A stretch of DNA of 64,000 bases, from NCBI GenBank assembly GCA_038245295.1, contig JBBRSP010000027.1, positions 19,539-83,538 on the forward strand, written 5' to 3'. This document shows positions 8,571-19,000 of the stretch, in pieces. The notes under the pieces were generated by a model that saw only the letters and a list, made by a program, of their open reading frames with translations, made no database searches and was not told where the DNA came from. This stretch comes from Candidatus Binatia bacterium. Its GTDB lineage: Bacteria > Desulfobacterota > Binatia > HRBIN30. The position numbers and the translations under genes were made by a program. Position 1 is the stretch's first letter. Every line of letters begins with the position of its first letter.

Positions 8571-10772
8571 GTGAGTCCGGAACAAGAAGGGGCAGCCCCC
8601 GCCGATCGTGACGCTATCGTCGGTGTGGTCCAGCGCTACTGGGGCTACTCGACGTTGCGACCGCTGCAAGAGCAGGCGATTCACGCCAGCCTCTGGCAGC
8701 GCGACTCGCTGGTTGTGCTGCCGACTGGCGGTGGCAAGTCGCTCTGTTACCAGGTGCCGCCGGCCTTGCTGGAAGCCACTGATGTCGTTGTTTCGCCCCT
8801 CATCTCGCTGATGAAGGATCAAGTGGACGGACTGCGTGCCTGTGGCTACGCCGCGGCCGCTCTGTACTCGGGCATGGCCTATCCCGACGTGCGGGCTGTC
8901 GAGGCGCAGTTGCTGGCCGGCCAGCTGCGCCTGCTGTTTGTCGCTCCGGAACGTCTGCTGACGCCGCGCTTCATCGAGCTCCTGCAGCGAACCCGGGTGC
9001 GCGCCTTCGCCATCGACGAAGCGCACTGCATCAGTCACTGGGGCCATGATTTTCGTCCCGAGTACCGGCAATTGGCCCGGCTGAAGGACTCTTTCCCGAC
9101 TGCCAGTTTGCACGCGTTTACGGCAACGGCGACCGAGCGCGTGCGCGCCGATATCGTCGCGCAACTGGGTTTGCGCGACCCGGCCGTTCTGGTCGGCGGC
9201 TTCGATCGGCCGAACCTGATCTACCGTATCGTGCCGCGTATCGATGCCGAGGACCAGGCGTTGGAGGTGATACGGCGCCGGCCGGGGCAGGCAATCATCG
9301 TCTACACCATCAGTCGCAAGGACGCCGAGTCGATGGCGGCGTGGTTGAAGCAACACGGCGTGCGCGCGGCATACTACCACGCCGGGATGGACGCCGAGCT
9401 GCGGCGCAAGACGCAGGAGCAATTTGCTTCGGAAGACCTCGACGTCATCGCCGCGACCGTCGCCTTTGGCATGGGCATCGATCGTAGCGACGTACGCTGT
9501 GTGATCCATGCGGCGATGCCGAAATCGATTGAACACTATCAACAGGAAACCGGACGGGCAGGGCGGGATGGCCTCCCGGCCGAGTGTATCCTTTTCTACT
9601 CGGCGGCCGATGCCATGCGGTGGGAGTCCTTGCTGCAGCGCTCAGCCGCCGAGAGCGATTCGCCAGAGGACACGATCACCCCGGCCTTGGAGCTACTTTC
9701 GCACATGCGGCGCTTGTGCGGCAGCATGCGCTGCCGGCACCGCGCCCTGTCGAGTTACTTTGGGCAGGAGCTAGAAGCCGCCAACTGCGGCGCCTGCGAC
9801 GTGTGTTTGGAAGAGGTCGACGGACTCGTCGATGGAACCGTGACGGCACAGAAGGTCCTGTCATGTGTGGCGCGTACCGGCGAGCGTTTCGGTATTGAGC
9901 ACATCTGCGATGTACTGCTCGGCGCGCAGTCCGATCGGGTTCGTAAATGGAACCATGACCAGTTGTCGACCTACGGCCTCCTAAAGGGCACGAACCGACG
10001 CGACCTGAACAACGTGGTGTATCAACTGGTCGATCTGGGCGTTCTAGCGCGCACCCCCGGCGACCGCCCCGTCTTACAGCTGAACGACTTATCCTGGGAA
10101 GTCATGCGCGGTCGGCGGCCGGTGCAGATCAAGCAGGTCAAGGAGTCTGGGCTCAAGACGACGGTCGCCGAAGCGGAATCGTGGGAGGGGATCGATCGCG
10201 GCCTGTTCGATGCGCTGCGCGACTTGCGTCGGCAGATTGCCGACGAACGCGGCGTGCCTGCCTTCGTGATCTTTGGCGACGTGACGCTGCGTGACATGGC
10301 GCGTGCCCGCCCGGCGTCACGCGAGGCGATGCTGAATGTGCGTGGTGTCGGTCAGAAGAAGCTCGAGGACTTGGGCGAGCGCTTCCTCGACCGCATGGCC
10401 AGCTACTGCGCCGCCCACGACCTCGATCTCGACGTGGCGGCTGGCACACGCCCACGGCGCAAAGCCGGTGCGCGCGTCAGCGATGCGAAACGGGTGGCAT
10501 TCGAAATGTTCGCTGCCGGCAAGAGCTTCGACGAGATCGGCGCGGCGATCGATCGGCGTCCGGGGACGTTGGCTGAGTACCTTGAAGAGTTCCTGGCTAC
10601 CAACCGCCCCGAGTCGATTGACCCGTGGGTCGATCGCAGCATCCAGGCGCAAGTACTCGAGGCGGCGCGTTACGCTCCCGAGGGTCGATTGAAGCCGATC
10701 TTCCAGGCGCTCGGGGGGCGCGTTCCGTACGAGCAGATTCGTTTCGTCATCGCCTGGCACGGCGCCGCGTAG
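8571..10772 (+). CDS. recQ: ATP-dependent DNA helicase RecQ (start uncertain)
   Basis: PTGGGKSLCYQ, DEAHCISHWGHDFRPEY, QETGRAGRDG, Zn motif CR...CGACDVC, RQC, HRDC and C-terminal HTH. Confidence 0.95.
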   Translation: MSPEQEGAAPADRDAIVGVVQRYWGYSTLRPLQEQAIHASLWQRDSLVVLPTGGGKSLCYQVPPALLEATDVVVSPLISLMKDQVDGLRACGYAAAALYSGMAYPDVRAVEAQLLAGQLRLLFVAPERLLTPRFIELLQRTRVRAFAIDEAHCISHWGHDFRPEYRQLARLKDSFPTASLHAFTATATERVRADIVAQLGLRDPAVLVGGFDRPNLIYRIVPRIDAEDQALEVIRRRPGQAIIVYTISRKDAESMAAWLKQHGVRAAYYHAGMDAELRRKTQEQFASEDLDVIAATVAFGMGIDRSDVRCVIHAAMPKSIEHYQQETGRAGRDGLPAECILFYSAADAMRWESLLQRSAAESDSPEDTITPALELLSHMRRLCGSMRCRHRALSSYFGQELEAANCGACDVCLEEVDGLVDGTVTAQKVLSCVARTGERFGIEHICDVLLGAQSDRVRKWNHDQLSTYGLLKGTNRRDLNNVVYQLVDLGVLARTPGDRPVLQLNDLSWEVMRGRRPVQIKQVKESGLKTTVAEAESWEGIDRGLFDALRDLRRQIADERGVPAFVIFGDVTLRDMARARPASREAMLNVRGVGQKKLEDLGERFLDRMASYCAAHDLDLDVAAGTRPRRKAGARVSDAKRVAFEMFAAGKSFDEIGAAIDRRPGTLAEYLEEFLATNRPESIDPWVDRSIQAQVLEAARYAPEGRLKPIFQALGGRVPYEQIRFVIAWHGAA

Positions 10773-10804
10773 CACGGGCCCAGCCCCGCCGTGGTAGAGT
10801 CGAT

Positions 10805-12034
10805 CTAGGGTGTCTTCGATGTTCGACCGAGACTCCGCGCCTGCTGAACCTTCGCCGGTGCTGTCGTCCCGCGCAGCACGACGCTGCGCCCGAAGCGCTC
10901 GGTCAATGCGTCCAACGCCTTATTGACGGCACTCTCTTTGTTGTCGCTCGTGGCCTCGAACAGGCTGAGTTGGCCGGCCTTGCCATCCTCGAGCGAACTC
11001 ACGGCGACACCAAGAAGCCGAATCATCCGCCCTTGATGTGATTCCTTCCACAAGGCCTGTGCGACCCGGGCGATCGTCGGGCCGTCGTCGGTTGCCTTGG
11101 GCAGGGTGACGCGTCGGGTGATGACCGGGAACTTCCCCGGGCCAATGGAGTTGGTCAGCTTGAACTTGAGAGTGACGGTACGAATCCAGCGGTGCTCGAG
11201 ACGCAGTCTTCGTGCGATCGCTTCGGCCTGGTCGGCCAGCAGTCGATGGAGCTCTTCGCTGTCGCGCCGATCACGATCGAACGTTTGTTCCTCGCCGTAC
11301 GACTTGCGTCGCCGTTCACTGTCGACCACACGCTCATCGTGTCCCTGTGCCAGCTCCCACAGGCCGCGGCCGGTATTGCCGAGGTGCCGTTCGAGTGTTG
11401 TCACCGGCAAGTCGGCGAGTTGGCCGATAGTGGCAATACCGAGACGTGTCAGCACCTGTTGTGTCGCCGGACCGACGCCCCACAAATGCGCAACCGACAG
11501 CGGTCGCAGGAAGTCGTCGACCGCTTCAGGCAGAATCTCGACGAGGCCGTCGGGCTTGCCGCGGTTGCAGGCGATCTTGGCCACCATCTTCGTAGGCCCG
11601 ATGCCTACCGAGACGGCGAGGCCAGTCTCCAGACGTACGCGCTTCCTGAGTCGGTCGGCGATGGTGCGAGCGCTACCGAACAGTTGCAGGGAAGCGGTGA
11701 CATCGAGGAACGCCTCGTCCAGGGAGAGAGGCTCCACTTCTGGTGTGAACTCGCCGAAGACGGAGCGGATCTGTTGGGCGACCTCGGTGTAGCGCTCCAT
11801 GCGGCCCGGCAGAAAGACTCCGTGCGGGCAGAGCTTGCGTGCCTGGACGGATGGCATCGCGGAGTGGACACCGAAGACGCGTGCCTCGTAGGACGCGGTC
11901 GACACGACGCCGCGGCTGCCACTGCCGCCGACGATCACGGGTTTACCGAGGAGCTCCGGCCGATCGTGCTGTTCGACCGACGCGTAGAAGGCGTCCATGT
12001 CGGCGTGCAGGATGGTGCGGGCGCGCTGGCTCAT
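10805..12034 (-). CDS. dinB: DNA polymerase IV
   Basis: HADMDAFYASVE, SYEAR, SLDEAFLD, AKIA, GVG motifs. Confidence 0.95.
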   Translation of the reverse strand: MSQRARTILHADMDAFYASVEQHDRPELLGKPVIVGGSGSRGVVSTASYEARVFGVHSAMPSVQARKLCPHGVFLPGRMERYTEVAQQIRSVFGEFTPEVEPLSLDEAFLDVTASLQLFGSARTIADRLRKRVRLETGLAVSVGIGPTKMVAKIACNRGKPDGLVEILPEAVDDFLRPLSVAHLWGVGPATQQVLTRLGIATIGQLADLPVTTLERHLGNTGRGLWELAQGHDERVVDSERRRKSYGEEQTFDRDRRDSEELHRLLADQAEAIARRLRLEHRWIRTVTLKFKLTNSIGPGKFPVITRRVTLPKATDDGPTIARVAQALWKESHQGRMIRLLGVAVSSLEDGKAGQLSLFEATSDNKESAVNKALDALTERFGRSVVLRGTTAPAKVQQARSLGRTSKTP

Positions 12035-12040
12035 GACCGA

Positions 12041-13441
12041 TCAGGAGGGCTGCTCCTGCAGCGCCGGTGCCAGCGTCGCGCCGTGTAAGCTTCTCAGGGT
12101 GCGTTGCAGGAGCACGAGCATGACGCCGGCGGACAAGACGTTGCCGACGGACACACAGGTGAAGACGGCACGTTCGGTCATCCCGAACCGGCTCGTACAG
12201 ATGATCGAGACAACCAGAACGGTGATGACGCGGGCGATCATCCACATCATCGGGAGGGTGGCGCGCCCGAGGCCCTGGAAGGAGAACGACACGACCATGG
12301 CGATACCAACAAACGGGTACGACGGAGCAATGATGTGAAAGTAGAGCGAGCCGATGGCAATCAATTCGGGGTCGGTGGTGAAACGTCCAAGCCACAGGGT
12401 CGGCTGGAGGAATAGCGCCAACGCGATGACGCCGAGTGAGCTGCCGATCAAGATCATCGCCTTATAGGCGTAAACGCCGGCGCGTTCCGGACGCTGCGCT
12501 CCGGTAGTCATGCCGACCAGCGTAAGCACTGCCGAGCCGACACCGTAGGCGAACGACAGCATCAGGAAGTCGAGGCGTGTGCCGAGGCCGTAGGCGGCCA
12601 GGTGTGAATTGCCGAAGCGCGCCACGATGCCGGTCAGGATCATCAGGCCGAGGTAGTTGATGAAGGTGGCCATGGATGCCGGCACACCGACGCGTAGTAC
12701 CTCGCGCACGGGAGGCCAGCGGAAGCTTCTCGGCAGCACGCGCGGATGCAGGGTTCCGTGCCCACCCCAGACGAACCAGGCGCGCGGGATGGTGGCGAGG
12801 AACTGGCTCGTCAGCACGGCCAGAGCGGAGCCGACGAGATTCAAGCCGAAGACGAACATGAAGATCGGTGTCAGGATGATCTGCAGCCCGAGCGAAGTGC
12901 TCGACCAGATCGACGAAACGCGGACGTTACCTTCGCCTCGCAAGACGCTGTCGAACATGGCACCGACGAAAGTGATCACCGATCCACCGAACAGCACACG
13001 AGCAAACGTGGTTGCCTGTTCGAGGACTTCGCCGCGCCCGCCCATCAGCGTGAAGATCGGCCTGGCGAACAACAACAGGGTGGCGGCGAAGACGATGCCG
13101 ATGCCGACGCTGAGGACGATGGCGTGTTCGGCAAAGCTGTTCGCCTCGGCGTGTCGGCCGGCGCCGAGGGCTCGCGCCACCGCCGAGGCAGCCCCGGCAC
13201 CGATACCGCCGCCCATGGCGGTGATGGCGATCAGCGAGATCGGGAAGACCAGGGAGACGGCAGCGATGGCCTCGGGTCCGAGCTTGCTGACGTACCACGT
13301 GTAGAGAACGTTCGAGGTGGCGGCGACCAGCATGACCAGGGTCGTCGGCGTGGCGAGTCGCAACACGGCGCGCATCGGCGGCATCGATAACAACAGGTCG
13401 GCATTGGCGTTGCCGGTGCGTCGGGGTTGTTTGTCACTCAT
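12041..13441 (-). CDS. MATE family efflux transporter
   Basis: About 12 hydrophobic segments in two MatE repeats (VARALGAG, LRGEGN, FQGLGRA). Start taken at MSDKQ. Confidence 0.88.
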   Translation of the reverse strand: MSDKQPRRTGNANADLLLSMPPMRAVLRLATPTTLVMLVAATSNVLYTWYVSKLGPEAIAAVSLVFPISLIAITAMGGGIGAGAASAVARALGAGRHAEANSFAEHAIVLSVGIGIVFAATLLLFARPIFTLMGGRGEVLEQATTFARVLFGGSVITFVGAMFDSVLRGEGNVRVSSIWSSTSLGLQIILTPIFMFVFGLNLVGSALAVLTSQFLATIPRAWFVWGGHGTLHPRVLPRSFRWPPVREVLRVGVPASMATFINYLGLMILTGIVARFGNSHLAAYGLGTRLDFLMLSFAYGVGSAVLTLVGMTTGAQRPERAGVYAYKAMILIGSSLGVIALALFLQPTLWLGRFTTDPELIAIGSLYFHIIAPSYPFVGIAMVVSFSFQGLGRATLPMMWMIARVITVLVVSIICTSRFGMTERAVFTCVSVGNVLSAGVMLVLLQRTLRSLHGATLAPALQEQPS

Positions 13442-13645
13442 GAAGTGGCGGCAAGGTACCCGTTCGCCGCCCCCGAAGGAAGCAGGTCTCGGCCCCCGAG
13501 CGACAGCCCGAGCGCGCCCGCTGCCGAAGCAAATGCTGCTGGTCGAGCGAACTGATTCGCAGGGAGAGGAATCCTCGACACCAATCGTCACACAACTCGG
13601 ACATGCGCTGCGCATTTAGGACGCGGCTCCGCCTTGCAGCCCATT

Positions 13646-13661
13646 TGGCACGCAATACGCT
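13646..13661 (+). promoter_or_regulatory. Candidate sigma-54 (-24/-12) promoter of the WS/DGAT gene
   Basis: TGGCACG-N4-ACGCT with correct GG-N10-GC spacing, 48 bp upstream of the ATG. Confidence 0.45.
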
Positions 13662-13709
13662 CTTGCCATCGACCAAGCACGGCATAGGGACAGACGAGGA
13701 GAGACATAC

Positions 13710-15155
13710 ATGGCGACGGTCGGCGCAAACCACGAACCATGGACCCGGTTGAGCGGCGAGGATCTGAGCTTTTGGTGGGTCGACTCACCGATGCAACCGA
13801 CGACGATGGCGATGCTCATGTTACTCGATCGGGCTCCGGATCAGCAGCGGCTTGCCGACGCGTTCGGGCGAGCCCTCACTGCCGTGCCGCGGTTGCGCGA
13901 GCGTGTGGTCGAAGCGCCGTTCAATCTTACGCTACCGCACTGGGAGACCGATCCTACCTTTGATCTCGACTACCACGTACGTCGCCACGCCCTGTCCGGT
14001 AAACACGACCTCGAGGAGCTGCTCCGAGAGATCGCCCCAACCTACGAAACACCCTTTGATCGGAGCCGACCGCTGTGGGAAGCGCGTATCTTCGATGGCT
14101 TTGGTTCGAAGCGACAGTCGGCGTTGTTCTTCAAGCTGCACCACGCGGTCGCCGATGGAGTAGGGGGCAACGCGATTCTGGCGGCGCTCACCGACTGCGA
14201 GCGCGATCCCGATCGCAACGGTGAGCCTCACTTTGATTGCCGGAAGGGTTGCTGGGAAGAAACCGCCCCCCTAGCGCAACGCTTTATTGAGGCCTTGCAA
14301 GATCGGGCACAGATGGATCTGCAACGTGCCGGCGCCGCCGCCACGGCGGTTGCGGACGCCGTGATGCACCCGGAAAAGCTGCGAGCGTTCGTCCAAGGGG
14401 CACGCACGCTCGCCGAGTTGGCGCAGTTTGATAGTCACTCCCCACTCAAGGAACGCAGCAGCCGGGCGCGGCGCTTGAGCGTTACCTCGCTGCCGTTCGA
14501 TGAGGTGCGAGCCGCCAAGCGGCAGCTCGGTGGGCCGATGATCGCCGTCATTCTGACGATCATGGCCCGCGCCATCGGCAAGTGGTACTCGACGCAGGGG
14601 ATCTCGGGCGTGCGTGAGTTGATGACTCTCGTGCCGGTCAATCTACGAAAGCCGGAGGAGTGGGTGACCAAGGCCGCCGTCGGCAATGTCGCCACCGGCT
14701 TGATGGTCGAGCTACCCCTTTGGCACCGGCAGATCCTGCCACTTTTCCGCGACATCTGTCATCGCGTCGAGACGAAGAAGGCCGACCCTCTGTTGAACGC
14801 CTCACCGTTGCTCGCGGAAGCGATGAGTGTGTTGCCACGACCACTGTTCTCCTGGATGAGTGAGGCGACGTTCGGCAACATCGATTTCATCGTCACCAAC
14901 GTTCCAGGAATTCCGGTTGAACGCTTCCTGGCAGGTGCCGAGATCACCGCGGCGTATCCATTTGCCCCCGTCGCCATCAAGAGTCCGGTGAGCGTCGCTC
15001 TCTATGGATATCGCGACAGGCTGTTCATCGGTTTGAATTCCGACGACGGGCTGATGCCCGACGTGCAGGTCTTCAAGGATCTCATCGAGCACGCGTTCAA
15101 GGAAGTGCGCCGTGCGGCTCGCGATACGGCGCGAATCGCCGAGCGCGACGAGTGA
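13710..15155 (+). CDS. Wax ester synthase/diacylglycerol acyltransferase (WS/DGAT)
   Basis: FDLDYHVR, DRSRPLWE, KLHHAVADG, TNVPG. Confidence 0.9.
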   Translation: MATVGANHEPWTRLSGEDLSFWWVDSPMQPTTMAMLMLLDRAPDQQRLADAFGRALTAVPRLRERVVEAPFNLTLPHWETDPTFDLDYHVRRHALSGKHDLEELLREIAPTYETPFDRSRPLWEARIFDGFGSKRQSALFFKLHHAVADGVGGNAILAALTDCERDPDRNGEPHFDCRKGCWEETAPLAQRFIEALQDRAQMDLQRAGAAATAVADAVMHPEKLRAFVQGARTLAELAQFDSHSPLKERSSRARRLSVTSLPFDEVRAAKRQLGGPMIAVILTIMARAIGKWYSTQGISGVRELMTLVPVNLRKPEEWVTKAAVGNVATGLMVELPLWHRQILPLFRDICHRVETKKADPLLNASPLLAEAMSVLPRPLFSWMSEATFGNIDFIVTNVPGIPVERFLAGAEITAAYPFAPVAIKSPVSVALYGYRDRLFIGLNSDDGLMPDVQVFKDLIEHAFKEVRRAARDTARIAERDE

Positions 15156-15357
15156 TGCGAGCCTTCGTCGAGCCCAGTCGTTCCTGAAACCACCGTCGTA
15201 GCCACTATCGGCTTGTGTTTTGCGTTCGGCTTCGTAGCCGTCGGCATGCTCATCGAGCCGCATCTGGTCGCCGCGCGGCATGGTGGGCGCACCGCGACGG
15301 CACGCCCACGTGCCAACCGCCTTTCCTTGCCCGGTGGTGCCTGGTAAGCCGCGACAC

Positions 15358-17715
15358 ATGGACTCCAACCCGATCTATCGCGATGTGCGCCACTCGATCG
15401 ATGTTCGCGCGGACGACCTACTCGGCCGTATGACACTCGACGAAAAGCTGGCGCAGCTTGGTGGGACCTGGTCGACCGGCCTCATGGGTGATGGCGGGAG
15501 TCTGAACGAAACACGTGCGAGAGAGAAGCTGCAGCATGGCATCGGGCACGTGACGCGTATCGGCGGGGCCAGCGTGTTGCGGCCACACGAGACGGCGGCG
15601 CTGTGCAACGAGATCCAGCGCTTCCTGCGCCAGCACACCCGTTTGGGAATTCCTGCCATCGTGCACGAAGAGAGCTGCGCCGGTTACCTGGCGCGCGACG
15701 CGACATGTTTCCCTCAAGCGATCGGCATGGCGGCGACGTGGTCGCCCGATCTGGTCGAGGCGGTGGGTCAGGTGATCCGTGATCAGATGCGGGCGTCGGG
15801 CAGTCACCAAACCTTGGCTCCGGTCTTGGACATCGCCCGTGATGCGCGTTGGGGCCGCACCGAGGAGACCTTCGGTGAAGATCCCTACCTCGTAGCGCAG
15901 CTCGGCATGGCATACATCCGCGGCGTGCAAGGGCCCGACCTGCGGCGCGGTATCGTCGCTACGGCCAAACATTTCCTTGGCTACAGCGCGACCGAAGGGG
16001 GGATGAACTGGGCGCCGTCGCATCTCGGACGACGCGAGCTGTTGGAGGTGTATGCGGCGCCCTTTGCGGCAGCGATCCATGGCGCGCACGTTGCCTCGGT
16101 GATGAACTCGTACAGCGAGATCGATGGCGTCCCGGTTGGCGCCTCGAAGGAGATCCTCGACGATCTGCTGCGCGGAACGCTTGGCTTCACCGGCGTGGTG
16201 GTCAGCGATTACTTCACGATCGCGACTCTGGCGCAGTATCACCGTGTTGCCGCCGACGAGTCAGAGGCGGCGCGTATGGGGCTCGAAGCCGGAATCGATA
16301 TCGAGCTGCCGGCACTGCATTGTTACGGCTCGCCGCTGCGCGCGGCGATCGAAGCCGGACGTGTTCCCATGGAATTGGTGGATCGCTCGGTGCGGCGCGT
16401 CTTGCAGATGAAATTCGATCTTGGATTGTTCGACGATCCCTACGTGGACCCGAAGCTTGCTCCCGCCCTGTTCGGCACACCGGAGGATCTCTGCCTGGCC
16501 CGCCACGTGGCGCAGAAGTCGCTCGTCCTTCTGAAGAACGACGGCGAGATCTTGCCGCTGCAGAAAGACGTCGGACCCATCGCCATTCTTGGTCCGCACG
16601 CGTCGAGTGTCCGCTTGCTGCAAGGCGACTACCACTATCCGTCGCATCTGGAGATCATGTTCGGCGAGATCACCGAAGGCGACATGTCGCCTCGCCCGGC
16701 CGGTCAGATCAACCTCGGCATGCATTTTCCACCGACCGTAACGATTGCGGATGCGATTCGTGCCGCCGTCGGGGCCGCCACCGAGGTTCGGGTGGCGCGC
16801 GGCTGCGATGTCGTCGATCCATCGACGGCCGGTTTTGCCGAGGCCGCAGCGGCGGCACGCGGCGCCCAGGTGGCGGTTGTCGTGTTGGGAGAGAAATCGG
16901 GATTGAGCCAAGGCTGCACGAGTGGCGAGTCGGTAGATCGCGCCGAGCTTGGCTTCTCGGGCGTACAGCAGCAGTTCCTCGAAGCCGTTGTGGCAACCGG
17001 CACACCGACGGTGTTGGTCGTCGTCAGCGGGCGTCCGCTGGCACTGCCGTGGGCGGCGGAACATGTCGCGGCCATCCTCTATTCTTGGGTGCCCGGACAA
17101 GAGGGTGGGAGTGCGATTGCCGAGGCTCTATTCGGCGATACGGAACCCGGCGGGCGGCTGCCGATTTCCTTGCCGCGCAACGTCGGGCAAGTGCCCGTGT
17201 TTTACGGCCACAAGCCTTCGGGGGGACGAAGCCATTGGAAGGGAAAGTACGCCGATTCGCCAAGCGAGCCGTTGTACGCGTTTGGTCACGGGCTGGGGTA
17301 CACGCGCTTCGAATACTCCGACCTGCAGGCGTCGCCGACGCGGGTCCGCGCCGACGGCGAGCTTTCCATCGGCGTCACGGTGCGCAACACCGGCAAACGC
17401 ACCGGTGACGAGATCGTCCAGCTCTACCTGCACGATGTAGTCGCCACGGTGACGCGGCCGGTGATGGAGCTCAAGGGTAGCGCACGGGTGACGCTCAAGC
17501 CGGAGGAATCGAAACGTGTGACGTTCGGAGTCGCGTTGAGCCAGATGGCATTTCTCGGGCGCCACGGGCGATGGATCATCGAGCCTGGGACGCTTGAAGT
17601 GATGGTTGGGAGTTCCTCGGTCGATGTTCGGCTACGCGGCGAGGTCGAAATCGACGGCGGTCCTCAGGAGGTTGATCCCTACGCCGTCTTTACAACCAGG
17701 ATCGAAGTGGCCTGA
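15358..17715 (+). CDS. Glycoside hydrolase family 3 (beta-glucosidase/xylosidase) with Fn3-like C-terminus
   Basis: MTLDEK, RWGRTEETFGED, KHF, VSDY nucleophile, GESVDR, FGHGLGYT. No signal peptide. Confidence 0.93.
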   Translation: MDSNPIYRDVRHSIDVRADDLLGRMTLDEKLAQLGGTWSTGLMGDGGSLNETRAREKLQHGIGHVTRIGGASVLRPHETAALCNEIQRFLRQHTRLGIPAIVHEESCAGYLARDATCFPQAIGMAATWSPDLVEAVGQVIRDQMRASGSHQTLAPVLDIARDARWGRTEETFGEDPYLVAQLGMAYIRGVQGPDLRRGIVATAKHFLGYSATEGGMNWAPSHLGRRELLEVYAAPFAAAIHGAHVASVMNSYSEIDGVPVGASKEILDDLLRGTLGFTGVVVSDYFTIATLAQYHRVAADESEAARMGLEAGIDIELPALHCYGSPLRAAIEAGRVPMELVDRSVRRVLQMKFDLGLFDDPYVDPKLAPALFGTPEDLCLARHVAQKSLVLLKNDGEILPLQKDVGPIAILGPHASSVRLLQGDYHYPSHLEIMFGEITEGDMSPRPAGQINLGMHFPPTVTIADAIRAAVGAATEVRVARGCDVVDPSTAGFAEAAAAARGAQVAVVVLGEKSGLSQGCTSGESVDRAELGFSGVQQQFLEAVVATGTPTVLVVVSGRPLALPWAAEHVAAILYSWVPGQEGGSAIAEALFGDTEPGGRLPISLPRNVGQVPVFYGHKPSGGRSHWKGKYADSPSEPLYAFGHGLGYTRFEYSDLQASPTRVRADGELSIGVTVRNTGKRTGDEIVQLYLHDVVATVTRPVMELKGSARVTLKPEESKRVTFGVALSQMAFLGRHGRWIIEPGTLEVMVGSSSVDVRLRGEVEIDGGPQEVDPYAVFTTRIEVA

Positions 17716-17828
17716 CGCGGCGTCCCGCGCTTCGCGCCGCGCCAGCGCCGGGGCGGGTGAGGCTTGCAAACGACGAGGGCTGGCAGAGCCAGCCCTCGTC
17801 CGAAACGAACAGAGTGGTGTGATCGCGT

Positions 17829-18827
17829 TTACGGGTTGGTGATACGGAGCTCGACGCGGCGGTTCTGTTGCATGCCGTCGGCCGTGTCGTTGCTGGCGAC
17901 CGGTTGCGATTCGCCGTAGCCGATCGTAGAGAGACGCGACTTACCGACGCCGCCTTTTTCGAGGTAATCGGCGACCGAGTCGGCACGCCGCTCCGAAAGC
18001 TTCTGGTTGTGGGCGTCGCTGGCGCGGCTGTCGGTATGGCCTTCGACCGATACGTTGACGTCGGTGTTTTCTTTCAAGGTCGAGGCAGCCTCATCGAGAA
18101 TCGGCTTCGCGTCAGTACGGATGTTCCACTTGTCGGTGTCGAAATTCACACCGCGCAAGACGATCTTCTTCTTCATCGGTGGTGCCGGTGCCGGCGTCGG
18201 CGGAGGTGGTGGCGCTTCGGCGACGGCTGGTGCCGGGGCGCGGAAGCGATGCTCGAAGCTGAGGCCGCCGCTGACGTAGGTGAGGTCCTCGTGCTCCGAA
18301 TGCCCGGGGATGTTCGGATTGATCTTGAATGCCTGCATCACCGACTGATCGCGTCGCACGAACAGGCCGATCGAGTCGTTCGTCCAGAACTCGTAGTTGA
18401 CGCCGCCGTTGATATTCCAGCCGCCACCACCGTCGTCGAGAGGACCGCTGCAGTCGGTGTAGTAGCCCCCCTGGGCGCCGAAGTAGGCTTCGAGGTTCTC
18501 GTCGAGAAGCGAGAAGCGTGGACCCGCCGTGGCGGAGAAGAGGGTTGTCGCATCACTCTGACGGCCCTGACCGCGTTTGATGGACGTTGGGAATCCGGCA
18601 AAGGTCGGCTGCGCGACCAATGACACTCCGAGGCTTTGCCCCAGCGTGAAGAGATGGTACCCGGCGAACGGCGCAACCATCCCACCAACGTCGGCGGTCT
18701 TCCGGAACTTTTCTGTTGGTGCGGCGACGCCGACGTCGACGCCGACGAACGGCTCACCGGCCCACGCGGGCTCAGTGATTGCCCCAATTGCCAGTGCGGC
18801 GCCCAAGGCAAGACCTAGCTTCTTCAT
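17829..18827 (-). CDS. OmpA family outer-membrane protein
   Basis: Signal peptide, beta-strand-rich N-domain, Pro-rich hinge, EGHTD...LSERRA...NRRVE. Confidence 0.9.
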   Translation of the reverse strand: MKKLGLALGAALAIGAITEPAWAGEPFVGVDVGVAAPTEKFRKTADVGGMVAPFAGYHLFTLGQSLGVSLVAQPTFAGFPTSIKRGQGRQSDATTLFSATAGPRFSLLDENLEAYFGAQGGYYTDCSGPLDDGGGGWNINGGVNYEFWTNDSIGLFVRRDQSVMQAFKINPNIPGHSEHEDLTYVSGGLSFEHRFRAPAPAVAEAPPPPPTPAPAPPMKKKIVLRGVNFDTDKWNIRTDAKPILDEAASTLKENTDVNVSVEGHTDSRASDAHNQKLSERRADSVADYLEKGGVGKSRLSTIGYGESQPVASNDTADGMQQNRRVELRITNP

Positions 18828-18896
18828 AGATGTCCCTCCCGTTTCCGCCCCAGTCGGCGCATCGCGCCGCCGGTCTCAATTTCGCAAAGTTGCGGG

Positions 18897-18925
18897 ATAC
18901 TACAGAAAGGCCGTCCCGTTTTGAA
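18897..18925 (-). promoter_or_regulatory. Candidate sigma-70 promoter of the OmpA-family gene
   Basis: Minus strand TTCAAA-17 nt-TAGTAT. Confidence 0.4.
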
Positions 18926-19000
18926 GAGGTAGCAGGCTCCTTCCGAGAAAAGTGTCACGGTCGCGTCGTCTTGGGTTTGTTATCCCGCTCCTTCGGACCG

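Noticed and set aside
13547..13560. LexA box (GCGAACTGATTCGC) upstream of MATE-dinB
   Set aside because: Spacing does not fit GAAC-N4-GTTC and the lineage motif is unknown.
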